From NCBI RefSeq assembly GCF_000242615.2, contig NZ_KI912269.1, positions 67,634-97,633 on the forward strand: a stretch of 30,000 bases of DNA, in the 5' to 3' direction. The notes under the pieces were generated by a model. It ran no database searches. It worked only from the letters and a program-made list of their open reading frames with translations, and was not told where the DNA came from. Numbering within the stretch: position 1 is the stretch's first letter; every line of letters begins with the position of its first letter. The DNA comes from Holophaga foetida DSM 6591. GTDB lineage: Bacteria > Acidobacteriota > Holophagae > Holophagales > Holophagaceae. Below, in pieces: positions 1 through 8,748 of the stretch. Both the position numbers and the translations under genes were made by a program.

Positions 1-70
1 TGCCCCACGCCCCCGCTGCTGATCATGCGTGTGATTTACTTTCCATCTGAGTTCAGACCGTACCTAGCCC

Positions 71-2500
71 ATGAATCCCAATCTTCTCAGTGAACTGGAA
101 GCCGTCGAATTCCCGACCCTCCGAGCCTTGGTGGTCCAGGGAACCCGAACCCGGCGCGGGCGGGTCCTGCTGGGAACCATGGATCCCTGGGACGGGCGTG
201 CCCCGCTGCGCCGCCTGCGACAGCGCGAGCTTGAAGGCCTGTGGGAGAGCGACCCCAGCGCCCTGGCCATTGCCGCCTTCGACGAGGCGACCGATGAGGT
301 CCTGAATCCAGTCGGCTGGCCCCAGCCGGAACACTGGCGCCAGCTCCGGGAAGGGCTGGGCTCCATGGCCACCCTCCTGGGGAGCATCGCCGCCCTGAGT
401 TGGCCAGAGGATCGCCCCGCAGAGCCCGGCACCCACCTGGGCATCGACCCCCTCCAGATCACCGCCGCCCTGCTCCCTGCTCCCGAATCCATCGTGGAGC
501 TTCTGGCCCGCAGCTTCACCGAGGACGGGCAACTGGATCCCCTGAGGGTACCGGCCCTGGCCGAACTCCACCGGGAGCGCCAACGCTGCTACCAGGCGGT
601 CCAGCAGAAACTCCAGAAGATCCTTCGGGACGTCCCGGAAGCATTCCAGGAGCTCAGCATTGTGGAGCGGAACGGCCGTTTCTGCCTTCCGGTGCGCACG
701 GAGCGCCGGGGCTCGGTTCCCGGCCTGGTGCTCGATCGCTCCTCCAGCGGAGCCACGGTTTTCATGGAGCCCTTCGAGGCCGTGCAGGCCAACAATGACT
801 TCGTGGAGGCCGAGGCCGACTACGCCCAGGCAGTCCAGGCCTTCCTGCGGGAGCTCCTGGAGAGGCTCCGGAGCCGACGGGAGGACTTCACGGCCTGGCT
901 GGCCTTCCAGGGCGAAGTGGACGAGATCCTGGCCCTGCTTCGCTGGCAGCGTCTTTGCGAAGGCACCCTCCCGGCCCTGGATACCCCCCGGATGTGCCTA
1001 CTGGAAGCTCGCCACCCCCTTCTCCTCCCCCAGGTGCGTGCCTCCCTGGAGTTGGAACCCCTGGGCCACGAGGCCATTCCCCTGAGCCTGGAGCTGGACC
1101 AGCGTCGTCCGGGCCTCGTCATCTCCGGCTCCAATACGGGCGGCAAGACCGTAGTGCTCAAGACCGTGGGCCTGCTGGCGGTCCTCGCCCAGGCCGGATG
1201 CGCCATCCCCGCCCGCCCCGGAACGGAGCTTCCGACCCTGGCCACCCTCCACGCGGATATCGGAGATCACCAGACCCTCATCGGCAGCCTCAGCACCTTC
1301 TCCAGCCACATCCTGCACCTCCGGCGCATCCTGGGTCAGGCCAAGAGCGGGGGATTGGTATTACTGGACGAGCTGGGCACCGGGACAGACCCCAAGGAGG
1401 GCGCAGCCCTGGGCATCGCCCTCCTCCAGGCCCTTTCGCGGCGCCAGTGCTGGGTCCTCTGTTCGACACACCTGGGGGAAATCAGCCAGTGGGCCCTTCG
1501 TCACGAGCGATTCCAGAACGCCTCGGTGCAGTTCGATGAGGAACGCCTGGCCCCCACCTACCGGCTTCTGGTGGGCATGCCGGGGCAGAGCCGAGCCCTG
1601 ACCATCGCCGCCAAGCTGGGCCTTCCCCGCTTCATCCTGGACCACGCTGAAAAGGTGCTGGGACGGCGGGAACAGGACTGGCGGGACTTTCTGCGACAGC
1701 TCGAAGCCGAGCGCACCCGCCTCCTGGAGGAGTCCGATGACCTGGCCAGACAGCGCGAAGCCATGGAAAAGGACCAGCGCATCCTCGCCGAACGGGAGGA
1801 GACCCTGCGCCGCCAGCAGGAAAAGTTCCAGCGGGATTCCAAGGAGAAGCTCCAGCGAGTCCTGGACTTCGTGGACCACGAATCCAAGCGGCTGGTGAAG
1901 GAGCTGAAGGAAAAACAGCGCGAGGCCTCGGCCCTCAACCCGGATCGCCTGGGAACGGAAACCCGGGAACGGGTGAAGACCATCGAGCAGATCGCCCGGA
2001 CTGAGATGGGCGCCCTGCCCGCCCCCTCCCGCCCCAGCGGCCCCAAGGTTGAGCTCCGGCTGGATGGCTGGGCCCGGCACCGGGGCCTGGGGGTGGAAGG
2101 CCGGGTGGTCGCCCTGAAGGGGGACCGTGTCACCCTTCAGACCGCTCAGGGCAGACGCCTTGAGGCCCGGGTCGGAGAACTGGAGGCGCTGGTCCGCGCG
2201 GAATTCGAAGCGGCCCAGCGCCAGGGCCGCGTGCGGGTGCATGCGGAATACCAGGCCATCGAGGGAGAACTGAACCTCATCGGTCGAGCCTCCGACGATA
2301 TCGATTTCGAGGTCCACCGCTTCGTAGAGGAAGCCCTGGCCTCAGGGTCGCGGTTCATCCGCATCGTCCACGGCCACGGCACTGGCAAGCTCAAAGCGGC
2401 CGTGCGCGCGGCCCTCAAGGGACACCCGGCCATCGCCCGCATCGAGGATGCCCCCCAGGCTCAGGGGGGGGCCGGAGCGACCCTACTCACCCTGAGGTAG
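71..2500 (+). CDS. mutS2: Endonuclease MutS2 (MutS-family ATPase with C-terminal Smr domain)
   Basis: 809-aa ORF. It has the Walker A motif 'GSNTGGKTVVLKTVGL' and the 'LLDELGTGTDP' motif, followed by a long coiled-coil region. The C-terminal Smr domain reads 'LNLIGRASDDIDFEV...IRIVHGHGTGKLKAAVR'. The ATG is at 71. Confidence 0.9.
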   Translation: MNPNLLSELEAVEFPTLRALVVQGTRTRRGRVLLGTMDPWDGRAPLRRLRQRELEGLWESDPSALAIAAFDEATDEVLNPVGWPQPEHWRQLREGLGSMATLLGSIAALSWPEDRPAEPGTHLGIDPLQITAALLPAPESIVELLARSFTEDGQLDPLRVPALAELHRERQRCYQAVQQKLQKILRDVPEAFQELSIVERNGRFCLPVRTERRGSVPGLVLDRSSSGATVFMEPFEAVQANNDFVEAEADYAQAVQAFLRELLERLRSRREDFTAWLAFQGEVDEILALLRWQRLCEGTLPALDTPRMCLLEARHPLLLPQVRASLELEPLGHEAIPLSLELDQRRPGLVISGSNTGGKTVVLKTVGLLAVLAQAGCAIPARPGTELPTLATLHADIGDHQTLIGSLSTFSSHILHLRRILGQAKSGGLVLLDELGTGTDPKEGAALGIALLQALSRRQCWVLCSTHLGEISQWALRHERFQNASVQFDEERLAPTYRLLVGMPGQSRALTIAAKLGLPRFILDHAEKVLGRREQDWRDFLRQLEAERTRLLEESDDLARQREAMEKDQRILAEREETLRRQQEKFQRDSKEKLQRVLDFVDHESKRLVKELKEKQREASALNPDRLGTETRERVKTIEQIARTEMGALPAPSRPSGPKVELRLDGWARHRGLGVEGRVVALKGDRVTLQTAQGRRLEARVGELEALVRAEFEAAQRQGRVRVHAEYQAIEGELNLIGRASDDIDFEVHRFVEEALASGSRFIRIVHGHGTGKLKAAVRAALKGHPAIARIEDAPQAQGGAGATLLTLR

Positions 2501-4411
2501 GATCCCCAGGAGGAGATTCGCCAGGGACTTGATATCCACAGGCTTGTGCAGCAGAGCCACGGGCCCCTGCTCCATGCCGGCAAGCTCCTCCATATCCTGG
2601 CTGAACCCCGTCATCAGGATGATGGGCGTAACGATTCCCCCCACCCTTAACCGGGTCAGCAGTTCCATTCCCGTCATTTCGGGCATGCTCATATCGGAGA
2701 TGATCAGGTCGAAACTCTCCCGAGCCAAGCTGAGCGTCTCCAGGGCAAGGGGACTCGAATCGAGGACCGAGGCGTGGTAGCCCAGGGACACCAGGATTTC
2801 CCTCATCAGGTTTCCCACGGAAGGTTCATCGTCCACCACCAGGATCCGCCCCCGCCCCCGGGCGGGCCTGCCCGTATTCGCTGAGGCCTCCACGGCGGTC
2901 TCCTCCGCCTCCGGAAGGTAGATGGAGAAAGAAGAGCCCACGCCCACCTCGCTCTCGACCCCGATCCCCCCTCCGAGAGCAAGGACGATGCCGTGGACGA
3001 TGGAGAGCCCGAGCCCCGTCCCCTCACCGGTCTTCCTGGTGGTGAAAAAGGGAAGGAAGGCCTTCTTCAGGGTCTCCCCGTCCATACCGCATCCGCTGTC
3101 CTTCACCTGGAGACGGAGGTAGGGACCCGGCGCCAGGGTCACGCCCTGGAAAGTGACGGGTTCCGTGAAGAGCGCAGAATCCAGACAGACCTCCAGGTTC
3201 CCCCCCCTTTCCTTCATGGCCTGGAAGGCGTTGGTGCAGAGATTCATCACAACCTGATGGAGCTGGCCGGGATCGGCCTTGACTGGACGATCAGGTGCCT
3301 TCAGCTTCGAATGGATGGCAATGCTCTTGGGGATGGCGGCCCGGATGAGCTTCAAGGTCTCCTTCACGATGGGGCCGAGAAGCACAGGTTTTTTCACCTG
3401 CTCCCCTTGGCGGCTGAAGGTCAGGATCTGATCCACCAGCCCGGCGGCCCTCCGTCCGGCAGAGAGAATCTCCTGGAGGTAGGCGTTCAGCTTGTCATCG
3501 GCGGAGGCCCGCGTCAGGGCCATCTCTGCGTAACCCAGGATCGGGGTGAGGATGTTGTTGAAGTCGTGGGCGATCCCGCCAGCCAGCACCCCGATGGCCT
3601 CCATCCGCTGGGAATGCCGGAGCTGGGATTCCAGCTCCGCCTCCCGGGTCACATCCCTGGAGTCGATGACCACGTAGAGGATGCTTCCATCACTGCCCCT
3701 GACGGGAGAGAAGGTTGAGAGAACCTCACAGAAGGCCCCGTCCACTCGCTGGTTCTGGATGCGCCCCCTCCACACCTCTCCCGAGAGCACGTGATTCCAC
3801 AGATCCAGATAGAAGAGCTGGTCATGACGGGGACTTCGCAGACAGCGGACATGGCAGCCCACCAGCGCTTTGACCTCGACCCCCGTCAGCTCACAGGTGG
3901 CAAGGTTGGCGTACAGGATCACGCCCTTGGTGTCGACGATGACAATGGAATCCGAGGCCTGTTCGATGGCAATGGAGAGCCGTCCCAGATCCGCTTCGAC
4001 CCGCTTCCACTCAGTGATATCCCGGAAGATGCCAAACGTTCCCTGGCTATCCCCATTCCCTGAGAAGTGGGTTGAGGCGCTGACCAGGATATGCCGCCGA
4101 GCACCATCCGGCCTCCGGATCTCAAGATCGAACCCCCCAGTCTCTCCCAAAGCCCGCAGCCGCTCCTGCCGGGAGAGGGCGGCCAAATGTTCCGGCAACA
4201 CGAAGTCCCGTAGGTTCCGCCCAATGAGCTCTCCGGAAGGAACCCCGAAAAGGGCCTCCGCGGCGGGATTCACGAAGAGGAACGTCAGGGCCCTGTTGAC
4301 ATAGGCCACCCCCTCCCCCTGAGCCCCCAGCAGGGAGGCGAAGCCCTGTTCCCATCCTGGACCCCCCTCCTCAACCAGGGAGCTTCGAAATGCGTCCACG
4401 ACCTCATCCAT
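2483..4411 (-). CDS. Cytoplasmic hybrid sensor histidine kinase (PAS-PAS-HisKA-HATPase_c-REC)
   Basis: Two PAS-like segments are followed by an H-box 'GGIAHDFNNILTPILGY' and G-boxes 'DSGCGMD' and 'GTGLGLS'. The C-terminal receiver reads 'ILVVDDEP...DLIISDMSMPEMTG...LHKP'. No TM helix is seen. I place the start at ATG 4411 (AAGGAA six nt upstream) rather than 4513, because the 34 extra codons are A/T-rich at third positions. The 3' end overlaps mutS2 by 18 bp in convergent orientation. Confidence 0.85.
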   Translation of the reverse strand: MDEVVDAFRSSLVEEGGPGWEQGFASLLGAQGEGVAYVNRALTFLFVNPAAEALFGVPSGELIGRNLRDFVLPEHLAALSRQERLRALGETGGFDLEIRRPDGARRHILVSASTHFSGNGDSQGTFGIFRDITEWKRVEADLGRLSIAIEQASDSIVIVDTKGVILYANLATCELTGVEVKALVGCHVRCLRSPRHDQLFYLDLWNHVLSGEVWRGRIQNQRVDGAFCEVLSTFSPVRGSDGSILYVVIDSRDVTREAELESQLRHSQRMEAIGVLAGGIAHDFNNILTPILGYAEMALTRASADDKLNAYLQEILSAGRRAAGLVDQILTFSRQGEQVKKPVLLGPIVKETLKLIRAAIPKSIAIHSKLKAPDRPVKADPGQLHQVVMNLCTNAFQAMKERGGNLEVCLDSALFTEPVTFQGVTLAPGPYLRLQVKDSGCGMDGETLKKAFLPFFTTRKTGEGTGLGLSIVHGIVLALGGGIGVESEVGVGSSFSIYLPEAEETAVEASANTGRPARGRGRILVVDDEPSVGNLMREILVSLGYHASVLDSSPLALETLSLARESFDLIISDMSMPEMTGMELLTRLRVGGIVTPIILMTGFSQDMEELAGMEQGPVALLHKPVDIKSLANLLLGILPQGE

Positions 4412-4767
4412 AGCCAGTTCCTTGGAAACCCGGACACCGCAACCAGACCAGAAATTTCGAGAAAAAAGACGGCAGACAACACACGATGGCACCACTATAG
4501 GTTCCGACGCCATGACCTCAAGGGACTTCCGGACAGTCTTATGATAGGACCACTCCTACTGCAGCATTGCTTCAACATAGCCTTTGGCATCAATGACTTT
4601 CGTGTAGACTGGCCAGAGCGAAATGACTCAAAACCCCCTCTTCTCGGCGAGCAGAACAGATGTTTTGGTTGCCAACACAGCATATCGACACTTTTATATC
4701 GATACAAAAGACCGAAAATCACTTTTCCCATGCAGGGGACATACTATCCCCAATCGATGGAGCCGAT

Positions 4768-6945
4768 ATGCCAAACCCGGTAACAGACTTCTTTGAAGCA
4801 TTGACAGACCGAACCCGTACGAGGCTTGCCGAACGCGGTGATGCCCAGAAGACCATCATCCAGATAGGCTCTGCCACCTGTGAACACGCCGCGGGCTCCC
4901 AGGATGTCCTGGAGGAGTTCACCAAGCACATCCAGGCCTCGGGCCGCGATGATGTGATCGTCCACAAGACGGGATGCACGGGTCGCTGCAGCAAGGAACC
5001 CATCGTGGGGATCTCGATCCCCGGACGCCCCCCTGTCAAGTACGAACGGGTCAATCGGGAGATCGTCCACAAGATCTTCACCCAGCACATCCAGAAGGGC
5101 GCCCCCCTCCCAGAACACGCCCTGGACAACTCCCTGGACCATCAATACGCCTTCGAATTCGTGTTCTGCCAGGGTCTCCGCTGCAATCATCTCGGCGGCT
5201 TGAAGGAGAGCTTTGAGCAGCTCCTCCGCCAGCACAAGATCCCCGAGGACCAAGTGCGGGTGAGCACCCACGGATGCTTTGGCACCTGCAGCGAGGAGAG
5301 CGTCGGCCAGGCAGCCTTCGTCCTGGTGCGCCCATCCAAGGTCGTATACCGGGTGAAGGATCAGACAGATCTGGAACTCATTCTCCGGGAGCACATCCGG
5401 GGCGGCCGGATCGTGGAGCCCCTCAGGGTCACCCGCAAACCCATCTCCCAGGACTTTTTCGACCTCTACGCGGACGTGAGCTTCTTCAGCGCCCAGAACC
5501 GCATTGCCATGCGCAACAGCGGCATCGTCAACCCAGAGAGCCTGGAAGAGTATATCTCCCTGGGCGGTTTCAAGGCCCTGGCCACGGCCCTATCCAAGGG
5601 AGACCCAGAATGGGTCATCAACGAGGTCCTGAAGGCCCGGCTGCGGGGCAGAGGCGGCGGCGGCTTCCTGACGGGCCAGAAGTGGAAGCTGGCCACCCAG
5701 AACGAGGAGAAGACGCGCTACATCATCTGCAACGGCGACGAGGGAGATCCGGGTGCCTTCATGGACCGGGGCATGCTCGAGTCCGACCCCTTCAGCGTCA
5801 TGGAAGGCATGATCATCGGCGCCTATGCCATCGGCGCCTGCAAGGGCTTCTACTACATCCGGGCCGAGTACCCGCTCGCCATCAAGCGGATCCAGAACGC
5901 CATCGACCTCTGCCGGGCAGCTGGCCTCCTGGGCAAGAGCGTCATGGGTTCGGGCTGGGACTTCGATATGGAGATCCGCCTGGGTGCCGGCGCCTTCGTC
6001 TGCGGCGAGGAGACGGCCCTGATCCGCTCCATCGAGGGCGAACGGGGGCAGCCCAAGGTCCGCCCCCCCTTCCCCACCACCCGGGGCCTGTGGGGCAAAC
6101 CCACCTGCATCAACAATGTGGAGACCTTCGCCAATATCACCGCCATCATCAACTACGGCGGCGACTGGTTCGCCCAGGTGGGCACCGAGGAGAGCGGGGG
6201 CACCAAGGTCTTCGCCCTGGCCGGCAAGGTCAAGCACACGGGTCTGGTGGAAGTCCCCCTGGGCACGCCCCTCAGAGATGTGGTCTTCGGCATCGGCGGC
6301 GGTGTCCAGGACGACAAGGCCCTCAAGGCCATTCAGACCGGCGGTCCAGCGGGCGGTTTCATCCCCGCCTCCATGGACACCCTGCCCGTGGATTTCGGTC
6401 CCCTGGCCAAGGTCGGTTCCATCATGGGTTCCGGCGGCATGATCGTGCTCTCCGAAGAGGATTGCATGGTGGACATCTCCAAGTTCTACCTGTCCTTCAC
6501 CCAGGAGGAGAGCTGCGGCAAGTGCACCCCCTGCCGCGAGGGCACGACCCGCATGCTGGAAATCATGGAGAGGATCACCAGCGGCAAGGCTGTCATGGAG
6601 GATCTGGACAAGCTGGAGCGCCTGGCCCGCCTCTGCCAGCAAACCTCCCTCTGCGGTCTGGGCCGGGCGGCGCCCAACCCGATCCTGAGTTCCCTCAAGC
6701 ACTTCCGGGACGAGTACACCGAGCACATCGTGGACAAGGTCTGTCGGGCCAAGAAGTGCGTGGCCCTGGTCCGCTACGAGGTCAGTCCGGACCTCTGCAT
6801 CGGCTGTACCGTCTGCGCCCGGAACTGCCCCACGGAAGCCATCTCCGGAAACCGCAAGGAGGTCCATGTCATCGACCAGAACCGTTGCGTGAAGTGCGGC
6901 CAGTGCTACGAGGTCTGCCGCTTCGACGCCGTCGAGCGCAAGTAG
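4768..6945 (+). CDS. hydB: NuoF-like flavoprotein subunit of [FeFe]-hydrogenase (HydB/HndC type) with N-terminal thioredoxin-like [2Fe-2S] domains and a C-terminal 2x[4Fe-4S] ferredoxin domain
   Basis: FMN/NADH motifs 'GRGGGGFLTGQKWK' and 'CNGDEGDPGAF' are present. The N3-type cluster motif is 'ESCGKCTPCREG...LCGLG'. The C-terminus carries 'CIGCTVCARNCP' and 'CVKCGQCYEVCRF'. The start is ATG 4768, preceded by GGAG at 4759-4762. The upstream 36 codons of the track ORF lie in AT-rich intergenic DNA. Confidence 0.85.
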   Translation: MPNPVTDFFEALTDRTRTRLAERGDAQKTIIQIGSATCEHAAGSQDVLEEFTKHIQASGRDDVIVHKTGCTGRCSKEPIVGISIPGRPPVKYERVNREIVHKIFTQHIQKGAPLPEHALDNSLDHQYAFEFVFCQGLRCNHLGGLKESFEQLLRQHKIPEDQVRVSTHGCFGTCSEESVGQAAFVLVRPSKVVYRVKDQTDLELILREHIRGGRIVEPLRVTRKPISQDFFDLYADVSFFSAQNRIAMRNSGIVNPESLEEYISLGGFKALATALSKGDPEWVINEVLKARLRGRGGGGFLTGQKWKLATQNEEKTRYIICNGDEGDPGAFMDRGMLESDPFSVMEGMIIGAYAIGACKGFYYIRAEYPLAIKRIQNAIDLCRAAGLLGKSVMGSGWDFDMEIRLGAGAFVCGEETALIRSIEGERGQPKVRPPFPTTRGLWGKPTCINNVETFANITAIINYGGDWFAQVGTEESGGTKVFALAGKVKHTGLVEVPLGTPLRDVVFGIGGGVQDDKALKAIQTGGPAGGFIPASMDTLPVDFGPLAKVGSIMGSGGMIVLSEEDCMVDISKFYLSFTQEESCGKCTPCREGTTRMLEIMERITSGKAVMEDLDKLERLARLCQQTSLCGLGRAAPNPILSSLKHFRDEYTEHIVDKVCRAKKCVALVRYEVSPDLCIGCTVCARNCPTEAISGNRKEVHVIDQNRCVKCGQCYEVCRFDAVERK

Positions 6946-6981
6946 CCCCCGTCACCGCCGACCTACCCAGGAAACAACACG

Positions 6982-8748
6982 ATGACAAAGAAAATGATCA
7001 ATCTGACCATCGACGGAACCCCCATACAGGTTCCCGCCGGCACCACTGTCATGAAGGCGGCCGAGCGCCTCGGCATCCACCTCCCCCGCCTCTGCTACCA
7101 CCCCAACCTGAGCCTGGAAGGTGCCTGCCGCGTCTGCGTGGTCCAGGTCAAGGGTTTCAACCACTTCCTGACGGCCTGCAGCCAGGAGGTCTGGGAGGGC
7201 ATGGAGGTCCAGACCAACAGTCCGGAGATCCGCCAGGCCCGGCGCGACATCGTCGAACTGCTGCTGGACAACCACCCAAAGGACTGCCAGACCTGCGATC
7301 GGGACGGCAATTGCGAACTCCAGCGGCAGGCCTACCGCCTGGGGGTCCGTGAGCGCCTCTTCGAGGGCCGACGCAAGGAATACCCCACAGATGAAAGCAG
7401 CAAGTCCGTGATCCGCAATCCCTCCAAGTGCATTCTCTGTGGGCGCTGCGTCCGGGTCTGCGCCGAGGTGCAGGGTGTCGGCAATCTCAGCCAGCACGGT
7501 CGAGGATTCAACACGGTGGTGGGCCCCGCCAATCTCAGCAACATGGACGATTCCGTCTGCATCCAGTGCGGCCAGTGCGTGGCCGTATGCCCCACCGCCG
7601 CCTTCCTTGAGCAGGACCACACCGAACGCGTGTGGCAGGCTCTTTCCATGCCCAGGGACGTCAAGCACGTCGTGGTACAGGTCGCTCCCGCCATCCGGGC
7701 CACCTTGGGTGAGACCTTCGACCTCCCCATGGGCACTCCCGTCACCGGCAAGCTGATCACCGCCCTGCGCCGCCTGGGCTTCGATACGGTCTTCGACACC
7801 AACTTCGGCGCCGACCTCACCATCGTGGAAGAGGCCACGGAATTCCTGAACCGCGTGACCAAGGGCGAGAATCTGCCCCTCCTCACGTCCTGCAGCCCCG
7901 GCTGGGTGAGCTTCCTGGAGAAGTTCTATCCGGAGATGATCCGCTACACCTCCACCTGCAAATCCCCGATGCAGATGACCAGCACCCTCATCAAGTCCTA
8001 CTACGCGGAAAAGAAGGGGATGGACCCCAGGGACATCTACGTCGTAGCCATCATGCCCTGTGTGGCCAAGAAGTTCGAGGCCGCCCGGCCCGAGCACTCC
8101 CTGCCCGATGGCACCCCCTATACCGACGCTGTCCTGACGACCCGGGAACTGGCATGGATGATCAAGTCCTATGGCATCGACTTCAATGCCCTGCCGGACG
8201 GAGAGTTCGATCGTCCGCTGGGCATTTCCTCCGGGGCCGCCGATATCTTCGGAGCCACCGGGGGCGTGATGGAGGCAGCCCTGCGCACCGCCGCAGTCAA
8301 GCTGACCGGCGAGGAATTGGGTCCCCTGGTCTTCGAGGAGATCAGAGGAGTCACGGGCATCAAGGAGGCCACCCTCCGAGTCGGCGACAAGGACATCCGC
8401 ATCGCTGTCTCCAATGGATTGAACAACGCCAAGCATGTCCTGGACGCCATCAAGAGCGGGGAAAAGGAATATCACCTGGTGGAGATCATGGCCTGCCCCG
8501 GAGGCTGCATCATGGGAGGCGGCCAGCCCTATCCCAGGGCCGACCATGATCCGCTGGATCCTGAAACCGCAAGAACACGCGCCAAGGCCCTTTACGGCAT
8601 CGACGCCCAGAAGCAGCTGCGTCGCTCTCACGAGAACCCCGCCATCGAGCACCTCTACGCGGAGTTCCTGGGCGAACCCAGCAGCGAATTGGCCCACAAA
8701 CTACTGCACACTCACTACCAAGCCCGCACACCCAGGGGGATTCGGTGA
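6982..8748 (+). CDS. hydA: [FeFe]-hydrogenase catalytic subunit (M3 architecture: 2Fe-2S, His-ligated 4Fe-4S, 2x4Fe-4S, H-domain)
   Basis: N-terminal cluster motifs are 'CYHPNLSLEGACRVCVV', 'HPKDCQTCDRDGNC', 'CILCGRCVRVC' and 'CIQCGQCVAVCP'. H-cluster motifs are L1 'TSCSPGW' (a variant), L2 'MPCVAKKFE' and L3 'EIMACPGGCIMGGGQP'. AGGAAA lies upstream of the ATG at 6982. Confidence 0.9.
   Translation: MTKKMINLTIDGTPIQVPAGTTVMKAAERLGIHLPRLCYHPNLSLEGACRVCVVQVKGFNHFLTACSQEVWEGMEVQTNSPEIRQARRDIVELLLDNHPKDCQTCDRDGNCELQRQAYRLGVRERLFEGRRKEYPTDESSKSVIRNPSKCILCGRCVRVCAEVQGVGNLSQHGRGFNTVVGPANLSNMDDSVCIQCGQCVAVCPTAAFLEQDHTERVWQALSMPRDVKHVVVQVAPAIRATLGETFDLPMGTPVTGKLITALRRLGFDTVFDTNFGADLTIVEEATEFLNRVTKGENLPLLTSCSPGWVSFLEKFYPEMIRYTSTCKSPMQMTSTLIKSYYAEKKGMDPRDIYVVAIMPCVAKKFEAARPEHSLPDGTPYTDAVLTTRELAWMIKSYGIDFNALPDGEFDRPLGISSGAADIFGATGGVMEAALRTAAVKLTGEELGPLVFEEIRGVTGIKEATLRVGDKDIRIAVSNGLNNAKHVLDAIKSGEKEYHLVEIMACPGGCIMGGGQPYPRADHDPLDPETARTRAKALYGIDAQKQLRRSHENPAIEHLYAEFLGEPSSELAHKLLHTHYQARTPRGIR

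Noticed and set aside
53-583. 176-aa and 151-aa minus-strand ORFs at the left edge
   Set aside because: They are antisense to the well-supported 5' part of mutS2 and have a low-complexity Gly/Pro/Gln composition.
4412-4513. 34-codon N-terminal extension of the histidine kinase ('MASEPIVVPSCVVCRLFSRNFWSGCGV...')
   Set aside because: Third codon positions are mostly A/T, unlike the rest of the gene, and the only nearby Shine-Dalgarno-like element is too close. The downstream ATG at 4411 has a well-spaced AAGGAA.
6952-8697. 581-aa ORF antisense to hydA. Similar very long antisense or alternative-frame ORFs occur at 5274-7352 (+), 5590-6867 (-), 14346-15560 (+), 16131-17504 (+), 17690-18865 (+), 19702-20868 (+), 20810-22471 (+), 22845-24008 (-) and 1361-2317 (-).
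   Set aside because: Each lies opposite or out of frame to a gene with unmistakable family motifs. Their products are low-complexity and rich in Gly, Ala, Arg, Pro, Leu or His. Stop-codon-poor shadow frames are expected in GC-rich DNA.
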